Shown here piece after piece: positions 40,197 to 51,780 of a stretch of 51,780 nt of DNA. How positions within the stretch are numbered: position 1 is the stretch's first letter; every line of letters starts with the position of its first letter. Position numbers and translations under genes: made by a program. The notes beneath the pieces are model-generated. The model saw only the letters and a program-made list of their open reading frames with translations. It had not been told where the DNA came from and ran no database searches. The stretch is from Bigelowiella natans CCMP2755 (lineage: Eukaryota; Protista; Cercozoa), in the NCBI GenBank assembly GCA_000320545.1, contig ADNK01000861.1, positions 1 through 51,780 of the forward strand. Reading direction: 5' to 3'.

Positions 40197-40533
40197 CGCC
40201 TACTTTTATCGAGCATCCACCTTCTTTTGTTACATCTCCGAGTCTTTTACAGTATCATCACTGCTGCTGTGCACATCCCACCATACCAAAAGCCGTTGTC
40301 AAGGATACGAGCCAGGCCGTCGAGTGGTTTCTGCGAAGCATAGAGCATGGGTCGTTGGGGGCGATGATGAGGGGGGATGGAGAGAATAATGAGGAGGAGG
40401 ATGGTGGCGGTTCTTATTCTGATGAGTGACAAACAATTATATACATGTATACTCACACTGTAGAGATAATGCTCTGGCGATGTGCAATCTCGGTCTCATA
40501 TACATGACGGGAGATGGAGTACCGAAGGTGTGG

Positions 40534-40566
<33 letters not shown>

Positions 40567-41219
40567 AGTGTGCTCGTGTGTGTGTATTATCGATAATATA
40601 GATAAACCTACTTTTCATACGCCTTATGCTGCGGCTGCTGCTACTGCTGCTACTGCTGCTACTACAGAGAGAGAGAAAGAGAGAAAGAGTCGCTATATGT
40701 GTAGTAATCAACCAATGGGGGGGGGGGGGGGCTCCTTGGCAATATTGTGTCATTGTGTGGAAGAGCTTCTTCCTCTCTATGATCTGGGCTTTTGAGCGTG
40801 AATGCAAATACAATTCCACTAACAGGACGATGTGACTGCGATGAAGTGGTTCCAAAAGGCCTCTTTCAGGGGCAACTCGAAGGTAGTCCTGAGGGGCTGC
40901 TAATACGGGATGATGAAATGGAAGTGGGGCACGGCATATTACCACGTGCAAACGATGGCAATATTGGATTGAATAGAGTTCTGTTCGACCCTCTTCCTGT
41001 GTCATCATCCTCCTCCTCCTCAATTTCCCCTCTTTCTTTCTCAGGCCCAATTTCACTTTGCAAAGATGAAGATGGAGGGGACAGGGTGTGTGTGTGTGTG
41101 TGTGTGTGCGTGCGTGCATCATCCCATTGATATTGATATTCACGATAAAAGGCAGTCGACGACGACAATTCCTCTGTGTCTGTTGTATTTCTCCTACTTC
41201 TCTACTTCTCTACTTCTCT

Positions 41220-41258
<39 letters not shown>

Positions 41259-42040
41259 AATCTGGGTGAGAGAGAGTATATCGACTGTATGTGTCTGAAT
41301 GAGCGCGTCTTTTCATTGACAATAAACTGGAACTATTAGCTGTGCCGCTGACCCCGAAACGGCCCACGAATTCATGCGAAAATCGGCTAAAGAGCAAGGC
41401 GAAGCCAAGTTAGCGACATCCCATCTGAGCTTGTTTCAACGTCCGCTTTGACAGCAATTTCTGCATGCTCTTAGGTACATGCTGGGGACTTGGCTGCTGG
41501 AGGGCAAGAGCGGGGTATATCTTACATTCTTCTGCATTAAAATAAAGTCGTTACGATCATCTCGTGTACATTTTCCCTTTCATCCTTACAAAGTTGAAGA
41601 AGGACGCCAAAGAGGCGGTGAGGCTGCTGGAATCGGCCGCCAAAATGCACAGCAACGAGAACGCCTTCTTCATGCTCGGCAAGATGTTCGCCTATGGTGT
41701 TGATGGCGTCGTCAAGGAGGATTGTATAAGGGCCTACGGCTACTTGTACGAGGCCTACAACAGGGTAGGAAATGATAGAAAGTAGACGGGAAAAGAGTGG
41801 TCATGAAGCGTATAGTAGGGTGTTGCAACCGACTTTGTGGTATTATTATTATTATTATTATTAGTAGTAGTAGTAGTAATAGTATTGATGTAGTAATGGT
41901 GGTGGTAGTATCTATGCCCGGACTTACAGGATTATTCTTGTTTTTTTGCTTTGTGGTCTAAAGGGCCATCCAGACGCCAAGCGCGAAATAGACCGCCTTT
42001 CCTCCCGTGGCAAGGTAGCGGAACATAGTCTTTCAGCAGT

Positions 42041-42080
<40 letters not shown>

Positions 42081-42456
42081 CAGCGTTGATTTCCCTTGGA
42101 AGGCGAAGCAGACTAAATGAAACCTCCGGAACTAGCGAGTGGACAGTTTGCCAACGAGGGAATAGTAGAGAGACGTGAAGAATTCATCAACATCATCATC
42201 ACCAACACCATCATCATCGTCATCATCATCATCGTCATCATCACCGTCACTATTTGCCGCCATTCTTATCGAATTCGGATTATTGTTGCTTCACAACCCC
42301 TTTTAATAGAAACGTGACAAGGAAGCGGGCGAGAAAGGGAGTGGGAAAGGAGAATCTCTAATCGGCGACGATTTTGATTATTCAAAATTCGACGACATAG
42401 ATAGTGACGACTTCAATTTGATGAAATACAGTCGTTGTGAAAACAACCCCACATAA
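36736..42456 (+). CDS. Sel1-like repeat protein (~10 repeats) with hydrophobic leader and acidic tail, >20 exons
   Basis: Repeats such as AMYSLGILFMQG, AVNYWARAANEGHAAATYNYA, YNAGLMYILGNGVEKDYSKGLKWLR, AMCNLGLIYMTGDGVPKDDVTAMKWFQKA. Some exons near 37900-38650 were not resolved. Confidence 0.85.
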
Positions 42457-42469
42457 CTTATCGCCTTTC

Positions 42470-43290
42470 AGCTGCATCGCAGTATTCGACCGAAAAATAA
42501 GCCAATTGATATAGCTAATTGTATCTATTAGAAAGGTGGCCACACACCATGATCGCGTTGCTAAGATTTACATTATGATTACGAATCGATAAATGATACC
42601 AATATGTAAGGGTACATAACGATGCCTTCCATCTATCGTGCTGTCTTGCTTGGTGAATTGGACACGCCTAAGACATTCAAAGACCTCGCACATGGTGATT
42701 TAGATGTGTACGCAAGTAACAGCTTATTGCTGAGTATCAGTAGCCGTACAGACTAGATATACAATACCAAACACAAGGCTCATCAGCACAAATGCACCAA
42801 GCTATCTCAAAAAGCTGTTAAACACTCACGTTTGTAACAGGACGGCGAAGAAATTTAATCACATGTACACACACCGCCTCATTCATTGCTTTCAGCGCAC
42901 AACAATCGATGGCTCATGCACGTCCATGCAACGTCTGCAGTGTTGATGCAGTGCGCATTCGTCCAGATGCTTTATTGGCGGTTGCATGGATGTATAGGTT
43001 GCTATGTATGTGTCAAGATGTAATGACGAAAATCAGGTGCTCTACATAGTTGCATTGCATGGTTTTACTGCCTCAGCAAGTTCAACGCTTTTGCTCTCGG
43101 ATGTCAGTATTCACATTATCATATATGTTGATATTAGCGATACATCTCTTTTCGAGCGAGCTCCGCTACCGCACTGCAGATATTACAAATGCATCATATG
43201 ACCGTACATTTCTATGCGCCACATCGTGTGGTACGGTGGACAGCTTCGCATAGCTAGCACACATTCATTGAATATGTGTAAGTTTCTTAA
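42470..43290. other. Intergenic RY/palindrome-rich tract between convergent genes
   Basis: gctgcatcgc, atagcta, catgcacg, catgcaac, tgcagtgcgca, atagctagc, between the Sel1 and DnaJ 3' ends. Confidence 0.45.
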
Positions 43291-43300
43291 AGTTGTAAAT

Positions 43301-44976
43301 CTAGTATGTTAACTCCCTCGTCCTTCTCATTTTCAAAATGTTGATATTGTTCATTCCTCCACGCAACCGAGCTTTTATCCCCGAGTAGTAATTTTGCCAT
43401 GATGCATCTGTATCATTTCACAAGTACAACAGGTTGGGTTCAAATGGAATGGCATTAAGAATAGCGATCTTGTTCTTTTGGTGATATTACAAACGAGGCC
43501 AGCATTTACCTGGATCATTATCCTCATGCCCTTGAGGTCTTCGAGCCCTCTCGAGTTCTGCCCGTAGCTCCAATATCTAAACAGGGATAGTAGAAAATGC
43601 CATGTATTCATGCACACACTGCATACCTTCAATAGCATATGTTTTCTAAATATCGTTAATTTTGCGTCGCTAAGACATTTATCTCTATGTGGAAATTCGG
43701 CTGAAACTGTCTTCACATACTTCATTATCCATATCTGAAGAAGATGTACTCGTTGCCACAATCGATGCATCCCTACTACTTCGAAGCACTGGCCTCGTTA
43801 CTGCATTGCTGAGTTGTTGAGTCTTTGGCCTAGGGTTTATCCAGATGCCTCTGCGGTGCTTTAGCCGAAGCTTGGGTGTTTCAGGGATCAAGTCACGGAC
43901 GTGAACGTGGGGGTGGATGAAATATAGATCCGGCTGCGATGAATTGCCAGGTGAACAGGGCTGTCAGTTGTGGGTGGAGAAAGAGGAGAGAGAGAGAGAG
44001 AGGGGGGGGGGGGGATGACAGGCTAACAATACATCGGTAATCCTAGAAACCATGATAAAACCTCCGCATTGTAAACGAAGAAACGAATGAAAGGGGATTC
44101 TGTCCCAAAATATTGGATGCGCACAAATCTTTTCCAGACACAGTGTTGTACCAATTCGGCATCTTCGTCGTCGTCGTCGTCGTCATCTTCCTCGTCGTTG
44201 TCGACAAGAGACTCCGTTATAGAATGCCTGCGCAGACTCCTCGCCATCCGCTCAGCCTCCATATTTTGACAAGAAAGGTAATCCTCCAAGTTATGGCCGC
44301 CATTAGAGGACATAAATTCATTGACGGCCTCGTATGCGATGACGATTCGTCGGTAGCGATTGTTGAGCCATTTGCGCACCGTTTTCGAGTTTCGCGAAGC
44401 CGGAAACTTATCAGGATGGAGCAGGCGTGAAAGAGTAAGGTATGCCTGGAGGGGGGCGAGCAATCAAAAGAGAGACAGGGGGGAAAGCGGCAGAAGGCAA
44501 GATGATAGGCGATTGATTATAACAGGTATGGCTCAGGCATATCTGACTGATAAAACAGCAAAATTTGCCACCTTTCTTACATCAGATTTCGTCGCGTTGT
44601 ACTGCAAATGGAGAACTTCATAGTGCTCTGCCTGTGTGTGCATATTGCTACGGTGTGTGGGGTTCCTACTGATCAATTTCGAGTAGGATAAAAGAAGAAG
44701 AGAGGAAAGAATAACCAGATAGATTGATGGAGAAATACGGACCATTTTCGGCAGAGGATTCTTGAGATTGGCAGGAGGGGAGGGGGGGCAGTATACGGCC
44801 GCGATCACAGCAACTGCAGCTACCACTGCCCCTGCTGCTGCTAGGAAGGATGTTGTCGAGGAGCCCATACCTCTATTTGCATCATTTCCATGCTCGGTAG
44901 AAGTTCGGGTAAGTTTTGTGCGTCTTCTGCCGAGTCTGCAACCCGAAAATGCTGTCGGTGTCAAACCCATCATCAT
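43301..44976 (-). CDS. J-domain (DnaJ type III) protein with N-terminal hydrophobic segment
   Basis: HYEVLHLQYNATKSDVRK|AYLTLSRLLHPDK...YRRIVIAYEAV (HPD motif); TM-like FLAAAGAVVAAVAVIAAVY; poly-Asp stretch. The 3' exons are less certain. Confidence 0.75.
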
Positions 44977-45578
44977 CAGTGCTGTACCCCCTCCCACTCA
45001 CCACCGGTGTTGATGGGGATTAGCCCGGTTCTCTGTCGCAGGAGTAAAATGGATTTCTGTTATGAGCCTGAAACAAGTCAGCCAAGTTGTCTTAGGGTAG
45101 AAACTTTCCAACGAGAAATGGAAACAGTTTCCCTCCCAGAAAATAGCTCTGGGAAGATATTTGGGTGTTGCTGAGGAGCGGCAAAAAAACGGTCATAAAT
45201 CCCACCTCTGCGCCATCCTGATCCCACAGTCGCAGGGCTAAAATAAGGATTCGTTGAAAATTCGATTTCAAACCAAACTTTCTGCGAAGAAAAAGAAGAC
45301 ATCGGAATATGTGTCCTCTTTCTAAGATACGACAAAGACTATTGGGCACTTTTTTATAGTGATCAGTATTATCCTAATTCCAGGGAAGCATCAACGATCT
45401 TAATTTGTCCTGAAACTTAAACCAGAATCGAAACACCTTCGCGCGACTCACTGGGATTATGCACTCTATGGTACTTCCCTCTCCCCTTCCAAGGGATTTC
45501 AGCAACCTTTGCCACCGTTTCCATCGAAATTTGTAACATCCATGAATGTAAATATTATATCTTGATCTATGATTTCTT

Positions 45579-45649
45579 CGAGCCCAGTGGCGTAGTCGCG
45601 TGTTTTTCAGCAAGCGCGGCTTGTAGTGCCTTCGTTGCACATTCCATTT
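45579..45649 (+). repeat. ~70-bp dispersed repeat, copy 1
   Basis: agtggcgtagtcgcgt...gcgcggcttgtagtgcc(t)ttcgttgca..ttccattt, shared with 47951-48025. Confidence 0.85.
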
Positions 45650-45780
45650 CATTTTTAATGCCTCTTGTGAATTAGAATGAACTTGAATACTTTCGTGACT
45701 CTTTCCTCTCATAATGTTGTTGAGAGACAGTACTGGAAAGTTACTAATATTATCCTCTATTTCCTCTCACAAAGGCACGA

Positions 45781-47130
45781 ATGGACATGTGCAGCACTTT
45801 CTCAACTACTGCTTTCCAGAACACGAGAACGAGAACTCGTGAGTATGGCAATGGAGAATCCAGTAAAATAAAATCTTTAAACAACGTGCAGAAGCGAAAA
45901 ACACAGCAGAGTGGTATGGATATGGATACGGCGGACAAAGAGAATTCAATGGATATGTCACAGAATTTCAGCAACGTCTCTGAAGATAAAGAACAGAGCG
46001 ACAAGAAGATAAATTCCGGCCTCATTGAGCCCGAGAGCTATATGCTTGGCACAGAACAACGCCGTCGAAATCTCGAGCAAATTATAATGCGGAACCTTTA
46101 CAAGAAAGAGATTACCACCAAACTTACATATTCCCCGGATGCTATGTACGTTCAGTACCGTCACCTTCTCGTAGAGTGGATGGCTGAAGTTTGTGAGGAG
46201 TACAATCTCCCAATGGTCATATGTCACCTCTCAATTCGTTATCTTGATGAGGTTCTTGGTCGCGAGAAGGTTGCAAAAAAGAACCTCCAGCTGATCGCGC
46301 TCTGCTGCATAATGATAGCTGGTAATTAGTAATGCATAAAATTTATATGCACCGTAGATATTATTTTCGTTATACATGCATCTTTTTCTAGTTCCATTTC
46401 ATATCATACACTAAGGCATAAATTATATTCTGTGTATAAACTACTGGTATCTAATCCAAAATTTTAAACCTCCTGTTCTTATTTTACCAGCTAAATACCG
46501 TGAACCCGAAGTAACTATCCCCACCGTCGATGAGCTAAATGAATGCTCCGACTTCGCATACTCTGCTGAAAAAATTAAAGAAATGGAGATGGTGGTATTG
46601 AAAATGCTCAAATGGACTTTGGGATATCCCACGGTCCAGGACTTCGTGATGTATTTCTTGAAGCATCCAATGCTTTACAGTGAAGATAGACTTCGCTCCT
46701 CCATGAAATTTGTCACTGCGAGGGAAAATACTCTGCTATTGAAATACATCAAATTCTTTGGGGAGCTTTCCATATTAGGTATTTATCACAACTTTGTTCA
46801 ACTGTGAGGACAATCTTAACACGAAATATATTTGTTTCCACAGATTATTCGATGCAACAGTATCCTCCATCTATCCTGGCTGCTGCCACAATATGCTGCT
46901 CGAGAATAGCTGTGGGTCTCTGTCATGAATGGAACGACCAACTTGAAAAGCTCACAGGATACAATTTGAATAAGATAAGAAGCTGTAAAGAACACCTCTT
47001 CGGGTAAGCACTCATTGATGCAAAATATACAAGTTTATGATTCTAATTTGTACTTTTGATTACATTCAGAATTTTCTTGAAAAAGTATCCCGAAAAAGCT
47101 GCGAAATATAATTATAAAAAGATTAGCTAG
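45781..47130 (+). CDS. Cyclin (cyclin N + C boxes); subfamily unresolved
   Basis: Exons about 45781-46321, 46491-46778, 46844-47002, 47070-47130. YRHLLVEWMAEV...YLD...LQLIALCCIMIAAKYRE; EMEMVVLKMLKWTLGYPT; YPPSILAAA. Confidence 0.92.
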
Positions 47131-47499
47131 TTGAGAAATTGAATTCCTATGAATATTGACAGATTATCAGTATCAGACCTCATTGATGAACTGAATACTA
47201 ACGACATTTGAGATTAGTCCCAGCACAACAAACATCCTTATTCCTCTCTTGATAGAAAATTATGCCAAAAAGTTTGGCGTCAAACATCACCGTACCCGAA
47301 AGGGCCCCATTAGTCATGTGAACACATTTTAGTCATCACCTCCACACCAATAACATCCCCCCCCCCCACCTTCAATGATCAAGGCTGTTTGAAAAGAAGT
47401 TTTATGTAAAATCTTTAAAACATAACAAGCCTTAAATGTCATGCAGCAAATAGCTCGATAATGCCATGCTACAAATATATCAAATGAATTCAAAATGCA

Positions 47500-48400
47500 G
47501 ACGCGTGTGGCCGGCATGGAAAGTCACTCTCATCAGCAGAAATCGTGGAGTGCTACAATATTTTTGCATGAAGCGAACGAGCGCGATTATTCTGTGTATC
47601 TAGCTGGTCGTAGTTACCAGCACACATAGTTGAGCTCAACACCGCTAATAATGGCTTAAATTATTCCGGTGCAGCGCATGCATGCGCATATTTCCTTGCT
47701 TGGATCTTCTGTCTATTGCTAGCTTACTCTAGGCTCTAGGTAGCATAGCTAGCTAGCTAGCAGATAGCGGTAGTAGGTATGCTAGCATGTCTATATAGTA
47801 GTGTCGCAAGCTAGCAAGCTTTCGTAGAGGCATTGTGTGTACACTTGGTGATGCTAGCTGCTAGCTGCTAGCTAGTACGTCAGCGCCAATGATGGCTCAA
47901 AAAATTAGTGTGTTGTTAATGAAGTCGTGTATATACCGGCTTTCTCGATCCGAGCCCCATATAGTGGCGTAGTCGCGTATTTTAGCAGGCGCGGCTTGTA
48001 GTGCCTTTCGTTGCATGTTCCATTTAAATAGATATCGATCTGAACATGCTAGCATGCACAAATGTTGGTTACACGCGTGGCCAATTGAACGTCGCAGCAT
48101 AGCCGATCAACACACGTAAGCGTCAACTGTCACAGCTGTTGGAGGCACATCATGCAGAGGCCGCATGTTCGAGAGGCCATGTAGTGCACATATGTGAACC
48201 ACACACGTAAACAAAATTCACATATGTACCTGACTACACTAGTACAGAGAGGGAAATGTGATAACTATGAAAGACCGCCCTAGAGCCTTTAGGGCTCTTG
48301 GTTTGGGGCGATTTCAAGCACTGCGCGTACATCTAGACATGCTAGCTGCACGTCACGGACACCAAAATCATTTTGCGAGATCATCATTATCACATGAAAA
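47500..48400. other. Intergenic GCTAGC-rich tract between convergent genes
   Basis: tagctagctagctagc, gctagctgctagctgctagctag, catgctagcatgc, gcatgcatgcgca. Confidence 0.6.
47951..48025 (+). repeat. ~70-bp dispersed repeat, copy 2
   Basis: Same orientation as the copy at 45579-45649, with a few substitutions and indels. Confidence 0.85.
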
Positions 48401-48526
48401 ATTGTATCAGAGGAAAAGTCATGAAACTGATTTTTGGTGAATCGTATCTGCAGCCTTAAATTAGGGCTTATATTTCTACTTTATCAATCTGACTAGTGAC
48501 AGCCTCTTATATGTACATGCAACGAA

Positions 48527-50445
48527 TCATGCAGGCTTTCCCAATCGCCGTGACGCTTCAACTTCGGTTATAGCGTCAACGCGATAAACTGGAGCTCCAA
48601 TACCACCCCACCTGTTAGAAATAAGCATGTGACTTCCTTGAAATCTGGTTACATTCACGTTTCATAGTGAATGTGATATGCAAAAAAATGTTATAAGGAA
48701 AAACATCATGCCCGATTTGCCTCCACCATAGTCATACGCTGTGGATTAGAAGTTCCACCACCAAGATTGCAACATAAACATTCACAGCAAAGTATTCAAA
48801 AATCATAAGGGTGTACCGAACACGATATCCTTTGCGTAGAAGCTCCGGCTGCCAATCCTCCATCCTGATTAGAACTACAGTCAGCCACCACTACATTTTT
48901 TTCGTCGCTGACTTAATTGAAGGCTAATATGTTACTTGCCACTATTTTTGTTTGGGTCAGGAGTTAGCATGGATTAGAAAAAACAGCAGGAATTTGTGAT
49001 TTGTGTTTAGAAAATGAAGTACAACCGTCTGTCGTTGATGAAAGTGCCATGGTTAGATCCATGATCCATCTACAAAAATACGTGTGCTTAGAAGGTCAAT
49101 AATGCCTTGGGGAACGAGCATTTGTTGTCAAAGCGACACTTACTATGGCCACCCTTCCGTCAAAGTCGATAAATAGCGTTGAGTGGTTCCGAGATACAGA
49201 CTGCGAGAATATATCATTCATCACGCAACCTCAGCGCTCATGTCTACCACAATAAATGCAGCTAATAAAAGGTTCGCACAATGTGAGGTGGCCGCAGTTG
49301 ACAGAAAGAGCCTCTTCCAACGCGCCATATGCTCCCTGAACGATGAAAACCCATGAATATACTCCATGCTGTGATTATGTCGATCAAGATCGGAAAAAAC
49401 CCTTTGGCAGTTGGATGTTGGTCGCTATGCCCTTGAAGTTCCTTAACTGACAAAGGTTCACACATTTAAGAGCCATAATTGTAAGAATATATATCGGTAA
49501 TCGAGAGCACAGCCCCAAGAGGCGCACAGTATGCCCCCCCCCCCCCCTCTTTCTATCGTTACACGCACACTAGACTTTCAAATGGTCGTTACTATTCTTC
49601 TTCACCTGCAGAGATATCGAGTGGTTTGGGAGCGGCAAGAAGAACCTGATGAATCAATGTGTTGGGCGGCAGCCAATGGGCCATGGAACCGTAGAAGAGC
49701 AGGAGTGAATTGGAAAAACCAAACATTAAGGCAGCGCGGAGTTTGCAGGGAGATACATTGGAAGCTTTTCCCACATGAATGCGCACCAACACCCGTACCG
49801 CTATCACATCACCATTCTAAATAACGCTATCATGATGACAATCCCATCGAATCGGATGACCCCATACGATCTTCCGTTGTTGCCTTTAATAGACTTTGGC
49901 TGGCTGTCATAGGACCTGAGAGGGGGGGGGGGTGGGGGGGGGTAGATTCAAAGAAGACGAAGTGAATCAAACCTCTTCAGTGGCGAAACGTCTGGTCGCT
50001 AACGTACCGATGTTTTCCCGCGAGGGTGTCAGCATCTCCACTCTGCGCACGTAGTAGTACCACAAATTTATTCATCATCGTGAATGTTCCGAGTTAGGGG
50101 TGGGGAAGATTGGCACAGTGGTGATAAGGGCTAGGGCAGCAGCGAGAGGAAGAAAAAGGCTAAATAATGTACTGAAATTGATGCGTGTGGATGATAATGA
50201 TCCAACTCAAGATGCGATATATAAATATAAAGATATATATAGTTATATATATATTATCCCAGCGACTTATGATATCGATTTCAGTTTGGGGTATTTGAGA
50301 GACGTAGTCCCAACTACTCTCTACTAATACCTTTGCTCGTCTTTGAATCGTCTATCGCCGTCCTGCTCATAAATGGAACGCAGCAAAAGCCTGAAGAGCA
50401 AGGCAACAAAATAAGAACTTGCTCAGCGGAGAGAGCTACATGCTT

Positions 50446-50525
<80 letters not shown>

Positions 50526-51207
50526 GGGGAGAGAGAGAGAGAGGCGGGGGTGATAAAGGAGCGTGGAGGCATGTGCTAATATGATCTATCTATCACCGTC
50601 GCAAGGACAAAGGAATCATTTCGGAGCTCTGTTCTCTCAACTGCATCTGGTTCGCCTTTGGGCAAAATACAGGAGGAGGGGTGAGAAGAGTAGGAGATAA
50701 AAACAGAAGAGAAAACAGCGGCCTTCTACGGTAGTGTTTGCTCGTACAAACTGGCACTTTGCCTCGTGGCAGATATAGCGCAGATGCGGCAGGATGCGTC
50801 TTGCGAAAGCGGACCTGCTGGAATAAGATTCTCCACAAGCCCAGTGATATGGTCACCGAAGGTCTGAGAAAACAGAAGTCACACGAGTAACAGCAGCTGT
50901 GTGCCTCACCGAGTGGGAGATTGAGGATGACCAAGCTCAGACAAAAGGGGTGGGGGGTACGCAACTGCGCATGGAAGTTTCGATGGCATCGATGGTGAGG
51001 AGGATGTGATATGATGGAAGGAATGATCTAATGGTGTTAAAGACCTGAGGGTTGCGATTGCCTCGAAGGTGCGCGCAGGGCTCCACCCGTTTTCGTCCAT
51101 TAGATAGGAGGCCAACAGCTTCGATAAGGACGCATGCATATATGTTAGATTTCTATTACTCTTGTATCTACCCCACTATCTTACTGTCCCCTCCCTCTTC
51201 TTCCTCT

Positions 51208-51265
<58 letters not shown>

Positions 51266-51650
51266 CTCCCCCCTCCCCGATGTCCTCACCGCAACTGCGC
51301 CTGATTCCTTTGCGCTATCATCTTCTCCTTTCGACAGCACCCCAGCGCTCTCCTGCTCATTATGTTCACCACCACTTCTTTCACATTCACCATCATCATC
51401 ACCATCATCATCTCACCAGCAGCAGCACCATCCTAGACAGATGATGAAGCATGCATGTTGTTATGTTGTATGAAGGAAGAGAACCTGCAGTGTTCCTGCC
51501 TGTCTCAGATGGTCCGCCTCGCTGCCACGGCCTGTAACACCCTCGTGTTTCACATCGAAGCCGGGAGATCCGTATATCATCACTCTGCCCCTGTTGCGGT
51601 GAGAAATTGAGTCTCACGCACATATCTTGCATTTGTAGGTAGTCATATTG
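48527..51650 (-). CDS. Multi-exon protein with C-terminal FHA domain, 5' end probably outside the window
   Basis: Spliced IWRVGRGSFCQLRPPHI|SVSRNHSTLFIDFDGRVAI|MDHGSNHGTFINDRR|MEDWQPELLRKGYRVR|WGGIGAPVYRV...*, giving FHA motifs GR, SRxH and SxHGT. Upstream exons at 49600-51640 are only tentatively joined. Confidence 0.75.
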
Positions 51651-51661
51651 CAATATCAATC

Positions 51662-51769
<108 letters not shown>

Positions 51770-51780
51770 TAGTAGTAGTA

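Noticed and set aside
43345-43370. RLRGG (ubiquitin-like C-terminal motif) in the last DnaJ exon
   Set aside because: No ubiquitin fold upstream, and the exon assignment is uncertain. A five-residue match can be chance.
45579-45649. tRNA gene
   Set aside because: A-box-like start only. No B-box (GTTCRA) and no cloverleaf.

Overview
Intron-rich eukaryotic (protist-type) nuclear DNA with microsatellite-filled GT-AG introns. The taxon cannot be fixed from the sequence; a flagellate such as a chlorarachniophyte is plausible. I assembled spliced gene models by hand from splice sites and phases. Left to right: an uncertain minus-strand fragment; a RanBP2-zinc-finger + DEK-C + R-S-E ADP-ribosyltransferase gene (-) with an in-frame TAG directly before the catalytic Arg; a sedolisin/TPP1-like peptidase (+); a ~4,100-aa polycystin-1-like REJ membrane protein (-) with a stalk of ~430 GPTT[C/x] pentapeptides; head-to-head with it, a ~22-exon ankyrin-repeat TRP-type channel (+); a ZCCHC17/pNO40-like protein (-); CFAP119/CCDC189 (-); a Sel1-repeat protein (+); a J-domain protein (-); a cyclin (+); and an FHA protein (-) running off the window. 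Main leads: (1) the polycystin-1-like receptor lacking a channel domain paired with a TRP channel; (2) the Cys-periodic stalk on symmetric exons; (3) the stop-interrupted ART, a candidate for restorative A-to-I editing; (4) GCTAGC/GCATGC-rich tracts seen only downstream of gene 3' ends. Exon boundaries and counts are manual and approximate.
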